From an uncultured Gammaproteobacteria bacterium (GTDB taxonomy: Bacteria > Cyanobacteriota > Vampirovibrionia > LMEP-6097), in assembly GCA_964410425.1 (NCBI GenBank), contig CAYPGT010000005.1, forward strand, positions 13,656 through 60,703: a stretch of DNA of 47,048 nucleotides. The letters run 5' to 3'. Under the pieces are notes generated by a model that worked only from the letters and a program-made list of their open reading frames with translations, searched no databases and was not told the DNA's origin. The position numbers and the translations under genes were made by a program. Shown in pieces: positions 44,180 to 47,048 of this stretch. The stretch's first letter is position 1, and the number at the start of each line of letters is the position of its first letter.

Positions 44180-45586
44180 GTGAGTAAAAGCTCTAAATCT
44201 AAAAAACTATGGGGCTCTAGGTTTTCTGATAACCCAGCTGAAATACTGGAAAAATTCAACGCCAGTATCAGTTTTGACCATAAATTATATAGACATGATA
44301 TTCAAGCTAGCATAGCTCATGCTCAAATGTTATCCCAGCAAAATATTATTAGCAATAAAGAATATAAAACTATCGAAAAAGCCCTCAGACAAATAGAAGA
44401 AGAGATATCTCTTAACCCAGAAGTCTGGGCTCAAGAGAGAATTAAGGAAGAAGATATTCATTTAGCAATTGAATCAAGATTAACTTCGCTCATCGGCGAT
44501 ATTGGCAAAAAATTACATACTGCTCGTAGTCGCAATGACCAAGTAATCACAGATTTAAGATTATGGCTAAGAGATGAATTAAATGTTCTTCAAAGCCTAG
44601 TCAAAAAATTACGTCAACAATTAATTACAAGAGCTGAACAAGATCTAGATTGCATTATGCCAGGCTATACGCACATGCAGCAAGCACAACCTATCTCTGT
44701 GGGGCATTTTTGGTTAGCACATGAAGCTAGATTCTCTAGAGATGCTGAGCGACTAAGCGATTCGCTAAAACGCATTAATATTAATCCACTTGGTTCAGGA
44801 GCACTTGCAGGATCGACCTTCCCAATTGACAGAGATCTGACGACTAAGAGTCTTGGTTTCATTCGTCCCTCAGAGAATAGCCTAGATGCAGTCTCTGACA
44901 GAGATTTTGTCTTAGAGTATGAGTTTAATTTATCGATGATCATGTTACATCTCTCTCAATTAGCAGAAGAAATGATCATCTGGAATAGTCAGGAGTTTGC
45001 TTACATAGAGATATCAGATAGCTTCGCAACTGGTTCTAGTATGATGCCACAGAAGAAGAACCCTGATATCCCCGAGCTACTTAGAGGCAAGACTGGAAGA
45101 GTCATAGGTGTACTCAATGCTCTAATGATCACAGTGAAAGGTTTGCCACTTGCCTATAACAAAGATCTGCAAGAAGACAAAGAGATGTTATTTATGGCAA
45201 ATGAAACTACTCAAGACTGCCTAGCTATTACAGTTGAATTCTTGAATAATATTAAACTTAATCAAGAAAGAATGTATCAGGCTTGTGCTCATAGTTACAC
45301 CGCTGCTACAGATGCTGCTGAGTATTTGGTAAAGAAAGGTATGCCGTTTAGAGATGCTTACAAATGCATTGGTGAAATAATCAAGCATGCGATAGCTTCA
45401 GAAAAATATCTCACAGAGCTAACTCTAAAAGAATGGCAAAAATTCTCTAAGTTATTTGAATCTGATATCACCAAGAATTTAGCGCCAGAAGCCTGTGTTG
45501 ACGCCAGAGATATCATAGGCGGCACTAGTAGAAAACAAGTACGTAAGGCTATTAAATTTTCGCAGAAAAGGTTAGGGGTCAAATGA
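44180..45586 (+). CDS. argH: Argininosuccinate lyase
   Basis: KLWGSRF, EDIH, LHTARSRNDQ, MPGYTH, TGSSMMPQKKNPD, AYNKDLQEDKE. Confidence 0.97.
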   Translation: MSKSSKSKKLWGSRFSDNPAEILEKFNASISFDHKLYRHDIQASIAHAQMLSQQNIISNKEYKTIEKALRQIEEEISLNPEVWAQERIKEEDIHLAIESRLTSLIGDIGKKLHTARSRNDQVITDLRLWLRDELNVLQSLVKKLRQQLITRAEQDLDCIMPGYTHMQQAQPISVGHFWLAHEARFSRDAERLSDSLKRININPLGSGALAGSTFPIDRDLTTKSLGFIRPSENSLDAVSDRDFVLEYEFNLSMIMLHLSQLAEEMIIWNSQEFAYIEISDSFATGSSMMPQKKNPDIPELLRGKTGRVIGVLNALMITVKGLPLAYNKDLQEDKEMLFMANETTQDCLAITVEFLNNIKLNQERMYQACAHSYTAATDAAEYLVKKGMPFRDAYKCIGEIIKHAIASEKYLTELTLKEWQKFSKLFESDITKNLAPEACVDARDIIGGTSRKQVRKAIKFSQKRLGVK

Positions 45587-45691
45587 CCCCCTTCATTTCT
45601 TTAGAATATACATACTTAATAACGACAATATGTAAAACGTCATTGAATTATAAAGTTTTTTAGATAAAATCACAGAGGTTTTTTGACCCCT
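45574..45691. repeat. Hairpin and long-range inverted repeat at the argH end
   Basis: GGGGTC-AAAT-GACCCC at 45575-45590; AGGGGTCAAA (45574-45583) is inverted as TTTGACCCCT (45682-45691). Confidence 0.55.
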
Positions 45692-45759
45692 TTCGTTTTG
45701 AAGTCAAATCAATCATGATCATAATTTCAATTTAGAAGAAAACTTAATAGGGGAAATAT

Positions 45760-45957
45760 ATGAAAATAGCTCTACAAGAAACTGGAAAATCAATACAAGC
45801 TTTTGCCAATGTGGTTACAACCATAATATTTCTAAAACACTTTTGGGACTATCATGATTTAAGAAGTATCACAATGGCTTTAGTCGCGTGGTTTGGTTTA
45901 TACTTTATAGCGATCGGCTTGTTTGTTCTTAGCGAAAACAAAAAGAAGGAGAAATAA
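45760..45957 (+). CDS. Small two-TM membrane protein (cassette gene A, copy 2)
   Basis: 65 aa with two hydrophobic helices; homologous to 41460-41655; AGGGG upstream. Confidence 0.75.
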   Translation: MKIALQETGKSIQAFANVVTTIIFLKHFWDYHDLRSITMALVAWFGLYFIAIGLFVLSENKKKEK

Positions 45958-45958
45958 A

Positions 45959-46078
45959 ATGGACCCTGTAGATATGGCATTATTGGGATTTGGAGTATTA
46001 GGATTTATTGGTGGTTCAATAATTTTTTTCGTTATATTACCTAAGGTCAAAGAAGCAAATGCAAAACAGACCACGTAG
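45959..46078 (+). CDS. Small single-TM peptide (cassette gene B, copy 2)
   Basis: MDPVDMALLGFGVLGFIGGSIIFFVILPKVKEANAKQTT (39 aa); SD AAGGAG; overlaps the hemB start. Confidence 0.65.
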   Translation: MDPVDMALLGFGVLGFIGGSIIFFVILPKVKEANAKQTT

Positions 46079-47048
46079 ATTAAGATTAAACCAGCATATT
46101 AGGAACCTAGTTCAAGAGCATTCTATTACAGCTCACGATCTAATTTATCCAGTGTTCATTAAAGAAGGCGAAAACTCACAAGAAGCTATCTCATCAATGC
46201 CAGGAATTTACAGATGGGGTACGGAGAGTATACTAAGAGAGCTCGAAGAGGCTCAAGGATTAGGAATCAGTGCCATAGCTCTATTCCCGGTAATAGATGA
46301 TCAGTTTAAAACATTAAACGCAGAAGAAAGTTATAACCCCGAGGGCTTGACCCAGAGAGCCATAAGAAGAATTAAGGAAGAATTCCCAGGCTTATTGTTA
46401 ATAACAGACGTAGCACTTGACCCATATACTATTCACGGTCATGATGGCATTCTAGAAGACGGTAAGATAGTCAATGACAAGACTGTAGAAATACTAACTC
46501 TCATGTCACTCGCTCAAGCAGAAGCAGGATCTGATATAGTTGCTCCTTCAGATATGATGGACGGCAGAATCTCAGCTATAAGACATAAGCTTGATAAACA
46601 CGGATATGATGACACTCTTATCATGGCTTATACAGCCAAATACGCTTCTAGTCTCTACGCGCCTTTCAGAGAAGCTCTTAGCTCACTTGGTGCTAAAAAA
46701 TCAAACACGCTAACACTCGAAAAAGAACTTTCTATACCTCAAGACAAAAAAACTTATCAAATGAACATAGCTAACTCTAAAGAAGCATTGAAAGAATTAG
46801 AGTTAGATTTAGCTGAAGGCGCAGATATCGTCATGGTCAAACCTGCTGGCTGGTACTTAGATATAGTGCAACAATTTAAGTCCAAATCTAATGTCCCAAT
46901 AGCAGCATATCAAGTCAGTGGAGAATACTCGATGATACATGCTGCTGCTAAAGCTGGATATATAGACTTAGATAAAGCTATTTATGAATCATTGATAAGT
47001 ATTAAACGAGCTGGTGCTGATCTGATACTTAGCTATTTTGCGAAGGAT
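46059..47048 (+). CDS. hemB: Porphobilinogen synthase (ALA dehydratase), truncated by the window end
   Basis: Not in the ORF track. Own translation gives MQNRPRRLR, TDVALDPYTIHGHDG, APSDMMDGRI, YTAKYAS, DKKTYQM, MVKPA, AYQVSGEY, LSYFAKD. Confidence 0.95.
   Translation, partial: MQNRPRRLRLNQHIRNLVQEHSITAHDLIYPVFIKEGENSQEAISSMPGIYRWGTESILRELEEAQGLGISAIALFPVIDDQFKTLNAEESYNPEGLTQRAIRRIKEEFPGLLLITDVALDPYTIHGHDGILEDGKIVNDKTVEILTLMSLAQAEAGSDIVAPSDMMDGRISAIRHKLDKHGYDDTLIMAYTAKYASSLYAPFREALSSLGAKKSNTLTLEKELSIPQDKKTYQMNIANSKEALKELELDLAEGADIVMVKPAGWYLDIVQQFKSKSNVPIAAYQVSGEYSMIHAAAKAGYIDLDKAIYESLISIKRAGADLILSYFAKD

Overview
AT-rich bacterial chromosomal segment. Several housekeeping proteins look cyanobacteria-like (NdhG/NdhE, GltX, amidase) but there are no photosynthesis genes, so I infer a non-photosynthetic relative such as Vampirovibrionia/Melainabacteria. 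Core genes are ilvB, pyrC, rpoD, rpmE, nadB, gltX, a 5-formyl-THF cyclo-ligase, aroE, carB, trpF, rimM, ndhG, ndhE, a class III aminotransferase, an aldehyde dehydrogenase, argH and a truncated hemB. pyrC is on the minus strand; the ORF track label is wrong. Highlights: (1) codon third-position polarity appears to flip at the 29.95-30.63 kb intergenic region, which holds a 28-bp dif-like site and a clustered, mostly polar CCGATAAGCG motif, suggesting the replication terminus. (2) Two homologous cassettes of two tiny membrane-protein genes sit directly on the start codons of ALDH and hemB, one frameshifted in a G6 tract. (3) A cluster of low-complexity, translocator/effector-like proteins has shared promoter boxes and faces a divergent, possibly FliK/SctP-like gene; scattered enzyme fusions (HAD+EEP, giant SF2 helicase) have similar disordered N-termini. 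(4) A 1.18-kb single-gene Fic islet is integrated in an intronless tRNA-Leu(UAA). (5) A REP/RPE-like element is inserted in frame in an amidase. (6) Many genes look leaderless.
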